Source of the DNA: Planctomycetota bacterium
GTDB taxonomy: Bacteria > Planctomycetota > Planctomycetia > JALXBF01
Assembly: GCA_026991575.1 (NCBI GenBank)
Contig: JALXBF010000179.1
Location: forward strand, 62,001-97,553
Length of the DNA: 35,553 nucleotides
Direction of reading: 5' to 3'
Shown here: one piece after another, positions 1-9,266 of the stretch
Layout of the letters: the number at the start of each line of letters is the position of its first letter
Position numbering within the stretch: position 1 is the stretch's first letter
Notes under the pieces: model-generated
Database searches by the model: none
What the model was told of the DNA's origin: nothing
The model's input: only the letters and a program-made list of their open reading frames with translations
Program-made: the position numbers and the translations under genes

Positions 1-2490
1 AGCGCGCAGGCGTGCCCAGTCCGGGGGACGGGCATCGGTTACGAAGTACCAGGGGAACTGCGCAACGTGCTGCCAGAACCGCGAACCGACCGGGATCGCC
101 GGATTGCCACCCCGATTGGCCCACACCGGTGTCGCGTCCAGGAACCCTCCGGACCAGGCGTATGCCAAGCGGCCACGGGCAGCGTCGAACGCGTAGGAGA
201 CCTGGCTCGGGAATCCGACGGCGATTGCGCGTGTGCTGGTTTCCGGCATGAACGTGCGCAGCAAGTACGGCCGATCCTTCACCTCGATCACCAACCCCTG
301 CGGCGGCAGCAGACCTTCGGGCAACGGTGCTCGGTTGCCGAGCGATAGGTAGGCCCAGATCGCATCCAGCTGCTTTCTGCCGTCGCCGCCCAGCACAGTG
401 CGAATCTGGGTAGTGTCGTTGGGGAAGATGGTTGGCATACGGGTTCCAGGTATGATGCGTTGCGCGTCCCGCAGCCAGCGTACGAACCACGGGTAGCGTA
501 TCCGCTGCGTCACCGTGCTCAGCTCTGGTCCTCTGGTCCCCTCGCCGTACCGCCCGAGCATGTCATGGCAGCTGATGCATCCGTAGCCTCCCTTCCCGAC
601 CAGAAATCGGCCTGCCTCAATGCGCTCGGGGCTTGGCGTCAGCTTCGGATCGCCGGTTTCGCCCGGTGCGACACCGTCGAAGGCCGCCAGCCAGCGGGCC
701 AGCCGACCGACGGCCTGCCGGCCAAAGTCCGGCATGCGCAGTGGCATCCATGGCCGCACCCTACGGTGCTGCAGGAGTACAGCGGTCAGCCACTCCGTGC
801 GCAGTTTCTCGCCGGTAGCCGTCAGTGGCGGTGGCGTAACCGCCTCGGCATGATCTGCCCCGAATCGCTGCCGCAGCCGATCGACGAACTCCGGCGCCAG
901 GCCACCGTTGCCATGCCATTCGTGGCAGCGAACGCAGCCGTAGAAACGAAGCAGCTGGGGCACTCGGTGCGTGGGGGCCTCCGCGGGGGGAGTCTCTGGC
1001 AGAGTGCGCGTCAGGAACGCCACCAGAGCATCGCGCTCCGTCGGGTCCAACCGGTAGCGCGCGATGCGACGACCGCGTCCGGCGATGCACCCCCGGGCCG
1101 TCAGTTGCTGTGCGGAGACTGCGCCGAGCCGCGGGGCGGCCATTCGGTTCCGTAGCGGCCTGCCCTGTTCGCTCAACCGATGGCAGGCCAGGCAGCCGAC
1201 GACCTGGATCAGTTCTCGGCCGGCGGCGATAAGAGCGGCACGTGGATCGCGCTCGGCTGCTACTTGCTGTGTGATGTCGGGAGAACCACCTAGCGCGCGT
1301 ACGGCCTCGGCAAGCTCCTGGGGGGAGGCGCTCGGCAGGTCGGGATGCAGATCGCCCTCGTCGAACTCGTCGCTGCAGACGTAATGCGCCAACGCGAGGG
1401 CCTCGTCCTCGGACAGTTTCACCCGCGGCATTCGGCCGGATGGATGGTATCGGAGCGGATCGAGCAAGAATCGCGCGATCGACCGCGGGCTGGCCTTCGC
1501 CGCCATGTAGGTCAAGCGGTACAGAGGCGGACGCCGGCCGGCTGCGCGGTGGCAGACGGCGCAGCCGACGAGCTCAAAGAGCTGGCGGCCCGCATCGACC
1601 AATTGCTTGCGGCGCTCTTCGGAGACAGCCTTCGGCTTAGGCAGCTTTTCCTTGAGCGAGCTCAAGTATGCCACGAGAGCAGCTCGCGCCAGCTCGCCGG
1701 TGCGGTCCTGCGGTAGCAGAGCAGGCATCCATGTGTCGGGCCGCAGCTTCTGTGGTTCCTTCAACCATGCGCTCAGCCAATCGGCCTTGAGCCGGCTACC
1801 GATGCCCGACAGGTCGGGGGCCCCGATCGGTTCGGCTGCGGCAAACAGGCGGTCAGCGTCCTGCTGGCCGTGGCATGCGGCACACTGCAGGGCCCGGGCG
1901 ATACCCCGACCGCGTTCGATGAGCTGCCAACGGGCCAGCACCTTGCCTTCCTGCTCCGGCCGGTGACGCAGCACGCGTGACGGAAGCGGCTCCGGCAGGA
2001 ACTCCTCCGATTGCCACCAGAGCTGCAGCCGAGCCGGTCCTGCGCTCGGTGCGTCGTAGTAGAGCAGGAAAGGCAACAAGTCAGCCTTCAAACGAACCCA
2101 CGGCCCCAGCAGCATTGAGTCATTTCCCTCTCCCTGGCCGGACAGTACTTCCTGCTCACCGATGCGCAGTCGTAGTCTGCCGCGTATCCGAGCGGAGAAC
2201 CGGTAACGACCCGGCCGTACGATGTCGATCAGGCCGATCCAGTGGCCAGTCCACTTACCGGTGCCAAAATCCGGAGCGGGAGCCTGGGCTTCGTCCAGGT
2301 AGAACGCCGGCCGCGGCTCGAGCCGCACGTGACGCAGCCCGCGCCAGCTGTAATGCGCAACCACTCCGCGCGGTGGCAGTTCATCCTGTGCCGAAGTCGG
2401 CCCAGCGGGTGCGAGCACCACGCTCACGGCCAACAGTGCCAAACTTCCTGAGCGTCGGTTCACAGCTCTGTACCCACAGGCAGCGTTCAT
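1..2490 (-). CDS. Exported multiheme cytochrome c with N-terminal PA14-like domain and at least 5 CxxCH motifs; 3' end runs off the window
   Basis: Not in the ORF track. Manual translation of the minus strand shows no stop between the ATG at 2490 and base 1. It begins MNAACGYRAVNRRSGSLALLAVSVVLAPAG (signal-like). Heme motifs: CAACH 1870-1884, CAVCH 1549-1563, CLACH 1180-1194, CVRCH 922-936, CISCH 565-579. Candidate axial-Met segments: TWMP, GRMP, RPWMPLRMP, PGTRMP. Confidence 0.92.
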   Translation of the reverse strand, partial: MNAACGYRAVNRRSGSLALLAVSVVLAPAGPTSAQDELPPRGVVAHYSWRGLRHVRLEPRPAFYLDEAQAPAPDFGTGKWTGHWIGLIDIVRPGRYRFSARIRGRLRLRIGEQEVLSGQGEGNDSMLLGPWVRLKADLLPFLLYYDAPSAGPARLQLWWQSEEFLPEPLPSRVLRHRPEQEGKVLARWQLIERGRGIARALQCAACHGQQDADRLFAAAEPIGAPDLSGIGSRLKADWLSAWLKEPQKLRPDTWMPALLPQDRTGELARAALVAYLSSLKEKLPKPKAVSEERRKQLVDAGRQLFELVGCAVCHRAAGRRPPLYRLTYMAAKASPRSIARFLLDPLRYHPSGRMPRVKLSEDEALALAHYVCSDEFDEGDLHPDLPSASPQELAEAVRALGGSPDITQQVAAERDPRAALIAAGRELIQVVGCLACHRLSEQGRPLRNRMAAPRLGAVSAQQLTARGCIAGRGRRIARYRLDPTERDALVAFLTRTLPETPPAEAPTHRVPQLLRFYGCVRCHEWHGNGGLAPEFVDRLRQRFGADHAEAVTPPPLTATGEKLRTEWLTAVLLQHRRVRPWMPLRMPDFGRQAVGRLARWLAAFDGVAPGETGDPKLTPSPERIEAGRFLVGKGGYGCISCHDMLGRYGEGTRGPELSTVTQRIRYPWFVRWLRDAQRIIPGTRMPTIFPNDTTQIRTVLGGDGRKQLDAIWAYLSLGNRAPLPEGLLPPQGLVIEVKDRPYLLRTFMPETSTRAIAVGFPSQVSYAFDAARGRLAYAWSGGFLDATPVWANRGGNPAIPVGSRFWQHVAQFPWYFVTDARPPDWARLRA

Positions 2491-2526
2491 GCGGGCAACG
2501 GGTAGGACTGAAGAGGGGGGCAAAGG

Positions 2527-3564
2527 TTACCGCAGGCCACCCAGGTGCCGGATCAGTTCCTGAGGTCGCACCGGTGTGCCGTTTTTCTCCATGCTACGCT
2601 GAGCTGCTTCCAGGAAGGCCATCACCTCCACACATTCTTCCGGTGCCACGGGGGGCTTGCCCGTCCGGAAGAAGCGGATCACCTCTGTCAGCAGCGGACG
2701 GTAGTCGTACGGCCCATTGTGGTAGCGGATTGCCTTCTGCCCGAAAACCAACGCCCCGACACCCGCGCGGGTTTTGCCCGGCAGCAGCCCGCGGTACTCC
2801 CCCACACGACCGTCTGCCCAGACCCCGCGCACGGCGTGAAAGTATTCCGTTTTCACGGCGGTGACCTCCTCGCACCCTCTGCCCATCAGTGCAAACAGGA
2901 GGTCGACCCCGTGGATGCCGTAGTAGAACAGTTCGCCGTGGCCCGGGGATGGAACAGATCGCGAGTAGGTGATACAGCCAAGCACGCGGCCGGTCTGGTT
3001 AGGGTCGCGCAGTGCCGGGTAACCGGGTGAGAAGCGGCTGGAAGAAGCGGAGAACCACGGCGTACCGGTCCGTTTACCCAGCTTGTAGATGGCGACCGCG
3101 TCGGCCAGGTTGGCGGCCAGCGGTTTGTCGATGTAGACCGGCTTGCCGTACTTGAAGATCACCTCCGCCTGTGCCAGATGCTGGTTGCCGTCGACGCTCT
3201 CGAGCATGACAGCATCGACACGACGTACAAGCTCGTCGATCGAATCGACGATTTCAATGCCCATCTCCCGCAACTGGTTCGTGAACCGTTCGACCCGCGT
3301 GTAACTGGGCGGGAAGGTCTTGCTGCCGCCAGGATAACCGGCGACGACGCGGGCACGGCGGAACGGTTCCGGTGCATCTGGCGCGTTGATGATCCTCGTA
3401 AATGCGATGACGTGCGAGGTGTCGAGCCCGACCAGCCCGATGCGAAGCATCCCATCGGTTCGCTGGTTCTGCTGGTTTGGTTCGTCGGAGGGAAGAACTG
3501 CGTAAGCGGCCGTAAACAGGCTGGCTGTCGCTACGCAAACAAGAAGCCAGGTTCGTCTCACCAT
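2527..3564 (-). CDS. Gfo/Idh/MocA family oxidoreductase with N-terminal export signal
   Basis: LRIGLVGLDTSH Rossmann start, VDAVMLESVDG, KPVYIDKPLA and YYGIHG motifs. Start placed at MVRRTWLLVCV (3564), 4 nt after the stop of the upstream symporter. Confidence 0.85.
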   Translation of the reverse strand: MVRRTWLLVCVATASLFTAAYAVLPSDEPNQQNQRTDGMLRIGLVGLDTSHVIAFTRIINAPDAPEPFRRARVVAGYPGGSKTFPPSYTRVERFTNQLREMGIEIVDSIDELVRRVDAVMLESVDGNQHLAQAEVIFKYGKPVYIDKPLAANLADAVAIYKLGKRTGTPWFSASSSRFSPGYPALRDPNQTGRVLGCITYSRSVPSPGHGELFYYGIHGVDLLFALMGRGCEEVTAVKTEYFHAVRGVWADGRVGEYRGLLPGKTRAGVGALVFGQKAIRYHNGPYDYRPLLTEVIRFFRTGKPPVAPEECVEVMAFLEAAQRSMEKNGTPVRPQELIRHLGGLR

Positions 3565-3568
3565 GTCG

Positions 3569-5359
3569 CTACTCCTCGTTCGGCGTGGTACGCAGATCGC
3601 GGAATAGGCGGGCAATGTCCCGTATGCCTCCGACGGTGACGACCAGGGCCATTAAGGCAAACAGACCCAGTGCCGCTACCAGCGACAGCTTCCAGAACGG
3701 TTCCCACCAACCGTTTCGCTGGACCAGGTACATGACCACAGCGGCACCGGCCAGCGTGATGCCGGCGGCAAGCCAGCCCCGCCTGGCAGCTCCTGGCCCT
3801 GCGGCTCGTGGCCGATCCGGATCGGTCTGGTTCCGCGCGCCGCGCAATGAGCCGACCACCAGCGCCAGTAGGGTTGCGGCTATGGTGCCCAGCCCCACCT
3901 GCTCAGCAGGAACGCTTACTCCCACCGCGCGCTGCACCGGCTCCAGACCGAAGATGGCCAAGAAGCCGGCTACCAGGGCAAGCTTTGCACCAAGAGGTGT
4001 TGCCCAACGCGTGTATAGACCGCCGACCAAGAGTGCAAACGCGCCGGCGAAGTAAATCGAGCCGGTGATGGCCATGTAGTCCCAGATGTCCTGGTTCCCC
4101 TCGTAGATCAGGCCCCAGTACCAGACGTATCCGCCAATGATGACGATCAGCACGCGGGAGAGGACAAGCCTGGCTTTGGTCGTCAGAAGCCGGCCAGGCC
4201 GTTCATACAGTGGTGCGATGACGTCCTGGACAAGGACGGTCGCCCAGCACAGCAAGTATGAGTCGTGTGTGGACATGAACGCCGCGAGCATGGCTGCGAC
4301 GATGCACCCCAGGATGCCAGCGGGCAAGAGGTGGGCCAGGTACATAGGCATCGCATAGAGGTTGTTCAAGGCATGGTCAGGTGGGGGATCCGGCGGGGGG
4401 TAGCCGGCCGGAAAGAACAGCGTTCGAAACGTGTCGTTGTTCATCACGAAGGAAAACGCCGCGATGCCCCACAGGTAGGGAATGAGGAATCGGATTGTGA
4501 ACGACAGGCTGCTCCAGAGGTACTGGCGTCGAACGGCATCGGGCGACTCCATCGACAGTGCCCGGGCGACCGCCGTCGGCCAAATCGCGCAGCTTGCCAG
4601 CCCCGTGAACAGCATCCAGGCGATGTAGTCCCAGCCGAAGGAGCCTTCGGCGACGGTTGGATCAAAGCCGGCTGTGCCCATGTACTGCCAGACGTCATCA
4701 AACAGCTGTTGCCAGCCGCGGTCGTAGATGGCCAGGACACTACACAGCAGGGCACCGAAGCCAAGCACCACGAACTGGATATAGTCCGTGACGACGACTG
4801 AGACCATGCCGCCCAGGCAGGTGTACACCAGTACCAGTGCCAACAGGAAGGTCATCACCGCGGGCAGCGCCCAGTCGTGCTGCGACAGACCACTGATGCC
4901 AACCACGAACATCGAGCCTACCTTCAGGAACAGGCCCATGTTGAGGATGCCCCCGAAAGCCATCATCAGGCCGCCGAGCACGCGCGTGGCCCGATCGAAG
5001 CGCAGTTCGTAGAACTCGGGAATGGTCATCACGCCGAGCTCGCGCAGCCGGTACACGAACAAGCCCGTCAGCCCGACGATGAAGGTGGCGAGCCCGCCGG
5101 CCAGGGCGATGTGGAACGTGGCAAAGCCACCGGTGAACCCTTTCTGGGCGCTGTACATGACCGTGATCAGGCCCATCTCGGTGCCGGCCATTGAGGCGAT
5201 GCCCAGGAATAGGCCGATGTGCTGGCCGGCGACGATGAAGTCTCGCACGGTACGGACCAACCGCCAAACGTAGATGCCGATCAGCAGCGATACTAGCGGG
5301 TAGCCGAGCACGATGGCCCAGTCCAGCGGGGACAGGCCCGCAACGGGCAGTTGGTTCAT
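3569..5359 (-). CDS. Sodium:solute symporter (SSS) family transporter
   Basis: LDWAIV..DFIVAG N-terminus, TIPEFYELRF, YTCLGGMVSVVVTDYIQF and AMLAAFMSTHDS motifs, with many TM segments. The ORF-track extension to 5704 overlaps glgA antisense, so I set the start at MNQLP (5359). Confidence 0.92.
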   Translation of the reverse strand: MNQLPVAGLSPLDWAIVLGYPLVSLLIGIYVWRLVRTVRDFIVAGQHIGLFLGIASMAGTEMGLITVMYSAQKGFTGGFATFHIALAGGLATFIVGLTGLFVYRLRELGVMTIPEFYELRFDRATRVLGGLMMAFGGILNMGLFLKVGSMFVVGISGLSQHDWALPAVMTFLLALVLVYTCLGGMVSVVVTDYIQFVVLGFGALLCSVLAIYDRGWQQLFDDVWQYMGTAGFDPTVAEGSFGWDYIAWMLFTGLASCAIWPTAVARALSMESPDAVRRQYLWSSLSFTIRFLIPYLWGIAAFSFVMNNDTFRTLFFPAGYPPPDPPPDHALNNLYAMPMYLAHLLPAGILGCIVAAMLAAFMSTHDSYLLCWATVLVQDVIAPLYERPGRLLTTKARLVLSRVLIVIIGGYVWYWGLIYEGNQDIWDYMAITGSIYFAGAFALLVGGLYTRWATPLGAKLALVAGFLAIFGLEPVQRAVGVSVPAEQVGLGTIAATLLALVVGSLRGARNQTDPDRPRAAGPGAARRGWLAAGITLAGAAVVMYLVQRNGWWEPFWKLSLVAALGLFALMALVVTVGGIRDIARLFRDLRTTPNEE

Positions 5360-5408
5360 CGCTTTGCCTCGCAGCCTGGTCCGAACGGGAGATTTTAGTA
5401 GCTGCGGG

Positions 5409-5435
5409 CAAATGTGCGGAACGGAATGCCGATAC
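5409..5435 (+). promoter_or_regulatory. Putative sigma28(FliA)-type promoter of the glycogen operon
   Basis: CAAA-N15-GCCGATAC, compared with the consensus TAAA-N15-GCCGATAA. It ends 41 nt before the glgA ATG, and an AGGAGGG RBS precedes that ATG. Confidence 0.45.
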
Positions 5436-5476
5436 CATGTATGAGGCTGTGTTGACGTAGCGCGTAGGAGGGCAAC

Positions 5477-6982
5477 ATGCGCATTGCGATGGCGGCCCCG
5501 GAGATGGCTCCGCTCGCCAAGGTCGGCGGCCTGGGCGATGTGCTTGGCGCCCTCCCCGCAGCACTGGAAAAGCTGGGCCACGAAGTCTCTGTGGTCTTGC
5601 CGTTCTACCGTCAGGTGGCTCAGAACGAAACGGTGCCCATCCGGCCCACGGTGCACGTCGTCACGGTGCCGATCGGGACGCGCAAAGTCTGGGCCCGAGT
5701 CCACCGCGCTACGCTGCCCGATTCGGGGGTCGAGGTCTACTTGATCGACTGCCCGGAGTACTACGATAGGCCCGAAATCTACGGCACCGGGGGCCGTGAC
5801 TACAAGGACAATGCGGAACGATTCGTGTTCCTGTGCCGTGCCGCTGTGGAGCTATGGCGTTTGCTGGAGCTGAGCCCGGACGTCATCCACGTGCACGACT
5901 GGCCTACCGGGCTGATTCCAGTGTATGTAGCCGAAATGTACCGACCTCGGTACGGCTGCTTTGACCGCACCGTAACCGTGCTCACGATCCACAACCTCGC
6001 CTACCAGGGCCAATTCTGGCACTGGGACATGGTGCTGACCGGGCTGGACTGGCAGCTATTCCACTGGCAAAAGCTGGAGTTCCAGGGCCATCTGAACTTT
6101 CTGAAAGCAGCCATTGTGTACGCGGACGGAATCACCACCGTCTCACGCACGTACGCCCGCGAGATCCTGACACCGGAGTACGGACACGGGCTCGATGCTG
6201 TGCTCCGTTCGCGAGCGGACCGGCTGTGGGGGATCATCAACGGTGTGGACTACCGTATCTGGAACCCGGCTACGGATCCGCACATCCCATGCCGCTATGG
6301 TCCGGAGACGGTTCGTGAGGGGAAGCGCGCGTGCAAGGCGGCGTTGCAGCAAGAACTGGGGCTAGAGGTCCGGGCCGACCGACCACTGATTGCCCAGATC
6401 GGTCGCCTGGATCCGCAGAAGGGCTGGGACCTGGTGCAGTCGGTCGCCGAGCAACTGCTGGAACGCGGCGTGCAGTACGTTGCGCTGGGCACAGGACAGA
6501 CGCAGTACGAGCAGTGGTTGCGGGCGTTGGCGTGTGAGCACCCGGGCCAGGTTGCGGCTCTGATCCGGTTCGACGAGCCAATGGCTCACCGTATCGAGGC
6601 TGGTGCCGACATGTTCCTGATGCCCAGCCGGTTCGAGCCGTGTGGCCTGAATCAACTCTACAGCCTGAAGTACGGCACGGTTCCGATCGTGCGCGCGGTG
6701 GGGGGGCTGGCCGATACGGTAACGGACACCACCGATGAAACGCTCGCCAACGGCACGGCCACCGGGTTTGTGTTCCGGGAGTACGAGCCGGAGGCGCTCC
6801 TGGCCGCCGTGGATCGTGCCCTGAGGTGCTACCGCGATGCGGCATGTTGGTGGCAGATTGTGCGCAACGGGATGATCCAGGACTGGTCATGGGAGCGAAC
6901 AGCACGGGAATACGAGCGGGTCTACGAAGAGCTGCGTCGCGTTCGGGCTGATCAGGCAACGGTTGTTTCGACCGAGACCTGA
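5477..6982 (+). CDS. glgA: Glycogen synthase (GT5, ADP-glucose type)
   Basis: EMAPLAKVGGLGDV (KxGGL), IHVHDW, TIHNLAYQG, RLDPQKG and PSRFEPCGLNQLYSLKYGT motifs; good RBS. Confidence 0.97.
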   Translation: MRIAMAAPEMAPLAKVGGLGDVLGALPAALEKLGHEVSVVLPFYRQVAQNETVPIRPTVHVVTVPIGTRKVWARVHRATLPDSGVEVYLIDCPEYYDRPEIYGTGGRDYKDNAERFVFLCRAAVELWRLLELSPDVIHVHDWPTGLIPVYVAEMYRPRYGCFDRTVTVLTIHNLAYQGQFWHWDMVLTGLDWQLFHWQKLEFQGHLNFLKAAIVYADGITTVSRTYAREILTPEYGHGLDAVLRSRADRLWGIINGVDYRIWNPATDPHIPCRYGPETVREGKRACKAALQQELGLEVRADRPLIAQIGRLDPQKGWDLVQSVAEQLLERGVQYVALGTGQTQYEQWLRALACEHPGQVAALIRFDEPMAHRIEAGADMFLMPSRFEPCGLNQLYSLKYGTVPIVRAVGGLADTVTDTTDETLANGTATGFVFREYEPEALLAAVDRALRCYRDAACWWQIVRNGMIQDWSWERTAREYERVYEELRRVRADQATVVSTET

Positions 6983-7031
6983 TTCACGCCCCCGGCCGGG
7001 TGCGTTTGAGCCGATGAGGAGCCGACCAGGC

Positions 7032-9221
7032 ATGCAGCCATTACATCTGGCCATCATCTGGCATCACCATCAGCCGTACTACGCCGATGATGTGGCCGAC
7101 GAGGTCGAGCTGCCCTGGGTGCGCCTGCACGGCTCGAAGGACTACTGGGGCATGGCCCGCCACCTGGAGCAGCACCTAGGGATCCGTGTCACCATCAACC
7201 TGGTGCCCTCGCTCGTGCTCCAGTTGCTGGACTACGCCGAACATGGTCGTGAAGACCGACTGCTACGCATCGCACGCATTCCAGCGGATTCGCTCAGCCG
7301 CGACGAAGCCCTCTACCTGCTTGAGCAGGGCTTCATGGCCAACCTAGACCATATGATCCGACCGCAGCCGCGTTACTACGAGCTGTGGCGACTGCGCGGT
7401 CCAGAGTTTCGCCAACCGGAGCGGGCGTTGCGTCGGTTTCGCACCCAGGATTTACGGGACTTGCAGGTCTGGGCGAATCTGGCGTGGATCCATCCGCTGG
7501 CGTTCGAACAGGACCCGGAGCTGGACGAATTGCGACGCAAGGAGCGCGGCTTTACCGAAGAGGAAAAGCTCTGGATTCTGGAACGTCAGCTTGAGTTGGT
7601 GCGCGAGGTGCTGCCCAAGTACCGAAAGCTCATGGAACAGGGCCGCATCGAGATCAGCACGTCGCCGTTCTTCCACCCGATCCTGCCTTTGTTGCTGGAC
7701 CGCCGCCTGGCACGCGCCGCCCACCCCGAACTGCCGCTGCCGGCCTATGACGGCGGCTACCCGGAGGATGCCCGCTGGCACGTCCGCGAGGCATTGGACT
7801 ACATGCAGAGCGTGCTGGCACGGCGTCCCGCTGGGATGTGGCCCTCGGAGGGAGCCGTCTGTGACGCCATGGTGCCACTGTTGGCCGACGAAGGGGTCCG
7901 GTGGATCGCCACCGATGAGCAGATCCTGACGCTCAGCGTCGACGGCCGGGTGAGTCGCGAGGCGGGCACCGGCTACGTACGGAACCCGCATCTGCTGTAC
8001 CAGCCGTGGTGGGCGCTGGCTGAGGACCGGTCTCTGGCGGTGCTGTTCCGGGACCGCGCTCTTAGCGACCTGATCGGATTCCACTACCAGAAGGTCGAGC
8101 CGCGCGCGGCAGCTGCCGACTTCCTGAGTAAACTGCACGCCATCCGACACGCGGTCGACAGCGACACGCGGCCGCCGCTGGTGACCATCGTGCTCGACGG
8201 CGAGAACAGTTGGGAGTACTACCCTGGCGGCGGTGTCGAGTTCTTGAGGGTGTTGTACGGGGAGCTTCAGCGCGCCGATTGGGTGCGCACCTGCTCTGTT
8301 TCCGAGTACCTCACGGACTACCCGCCGGACGACACGCTACCGCGCTTGTTCCCGGGAAGCTGGGTGGACCACAGTTTCGCGATCTGGATCGGCCATGAGG
8401 AGGATCGCCGCGCGTGGGACCTGTTGGACCGCACGCGCCAGCAGCTTGTCGACGCCGAGCAAGACGGACGCCTGGACCGGGCCACGTCTGCCCGTGCCTG
8501 GCGGGAGATCTACATCGCCGAAGGCAGCGACTGGTTCTGGTGGTACGGTGACGAGCATCCCAGCGCGCAGATAGAGCTGTTTGACTACCTGTTTCGCAAA
8601 CACCTCCAGAACGTGTACGCCTTGCTCGGGCAAACTGTTCCGGCGGAATTGCTGCAGCCGATCCACATCGAGAAACGGGTCGCTGCCTACAGCCAACCGA
8701 CCGCTTTCCTGAACGTCCAACCGGACGGCCAACCGCGTTTCTTCGAGTGGACGGGGGCGGGCCTGTACGTGGCCAACGGAACGCGCGGTCGTCCCGGTAG
8801 GATGGGACAGATGTGTACGGCGCTGTGGTTTGGCTTTTCGCGTGAAGAGCTGTACGTCCGGCTGGACACGGTGGAGCGGACCCGTGACGCGTTGCGGGTG
8901 ATCGATGTCATTCGTTTCGTGTTCTTGAAACCGTGCGACCTGATCATTGAGCTAGCCAAGCCTTCGGACGCTGCACGGAGCGTGCGGATCAGTCGAAACG
9001 GTCGACCGCTCTCACCGCCGGCACCGGTTCGGATTGGCGTCGATGCTGTGCTGGAGATGACCGTGCCGTTAGCTTTGCTGGATGGCCGGCCCGGGACGTC
9101 GGTGTCATTCTTCGTTGAGCTGTTTCATGGCCCCACCAGCGTGGATCGGCTCCCCCGTGAGGGGACAATCGACACGGCAGTGCCGCAGGAAGATTTCGAA
9201 GTGGCCATGTGGATGGCCTGA
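7032..9221 (+). CDS. GH57 glycoside hydrolase, amylopullulanase-like, with C-terminal beta-rich extension
   Basis: WHHHQPYY, PWVRLHGSKDY, GMWPSEG (catalytic Glu), FRDRALSDLIGF, LDGENSWE (catalytic Asp) and AEGSDWFWW motifs; GAGGAG RBS before the ATG at 7032. Confidence 0.92.
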   Translation: MQPLHLAIIWHHHQPYYADDVADEVELPWVRLHGSKDYWGMARHLEQHLGIRVTINLVPSLVLQLLDYAEHGREDRLLRIARIPADSLSRDEALYLLEQGFMANLDHMIRPQPRYYELWRLRGPEFRQPERALRRFRTQDLRDLQVWANLAWIHPLAFEQDPELDELRRKERGFTEEEKLWILERQLELVREVLPKYRKLMEQGRIEISTSPFFHPILPLLLDRRLARAAHPELPLPAYDGGYPEDARWHVREALDYMQSVLARRPAGMWPSEGAVCDAMVPLLADEGVRWIATDEQILTLSVDGRVSREAGTGYVRNPHLLYQPWWALAEDRSLAVLFRDRALSDLIGFHYQKVEPRAAAADFLSKLHAIRHAVDSDTRPPLVTIVLDGENSWEYYPGGGVEFLRVLYGELQRADWVRTCSVSEYLTDYPPDDTLPRLFPGSWVDHSFAIWIGHEEDRRAWDLLDRTRQQLVDAEQDGRLDRATSARAWREIYIAEGSDWFWWYGDEHPSAQIELFDYLFRKHLQNVYALLGQTVPAELLQPIHIEKRVAAYSQPTAFLNVQPDGQPRFFEWTGAGLYVANGTRGRPGRMGQMCTALWFGFSREELYVRLDTVERTRDALRVIDVIRFVFLKPCDLIIELAKPSDAARSVRISRNGRPLSPPAPVRIGVDAVLEMTVPLALLDGRPGTSVSFFVELFHGPTSVDRLPREGTIDTAVPQEDFEVAMWMA

Positions 9222-9266
9222 TCGGTGGCGACGACCAGGTAGCACCGGGGTACGTGGGAGCCAGCA

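Noticed and set aside
12..2864. Plus-strand ORFs in the track over 12-2864 (e.g. 460..1155, 1345..1716, 1977..2864)
   Set aside because: They are antisense shadows of the minus-strand cytochrome and oxidoreductase and have no recognisable motifs.
5360..5704. 115-aa N-terminal extension of the SSS ORF
   Set aside because: It overlaps glgA antisense and the divergent promoter region. SSS similarity starts at MNQLP (5359).
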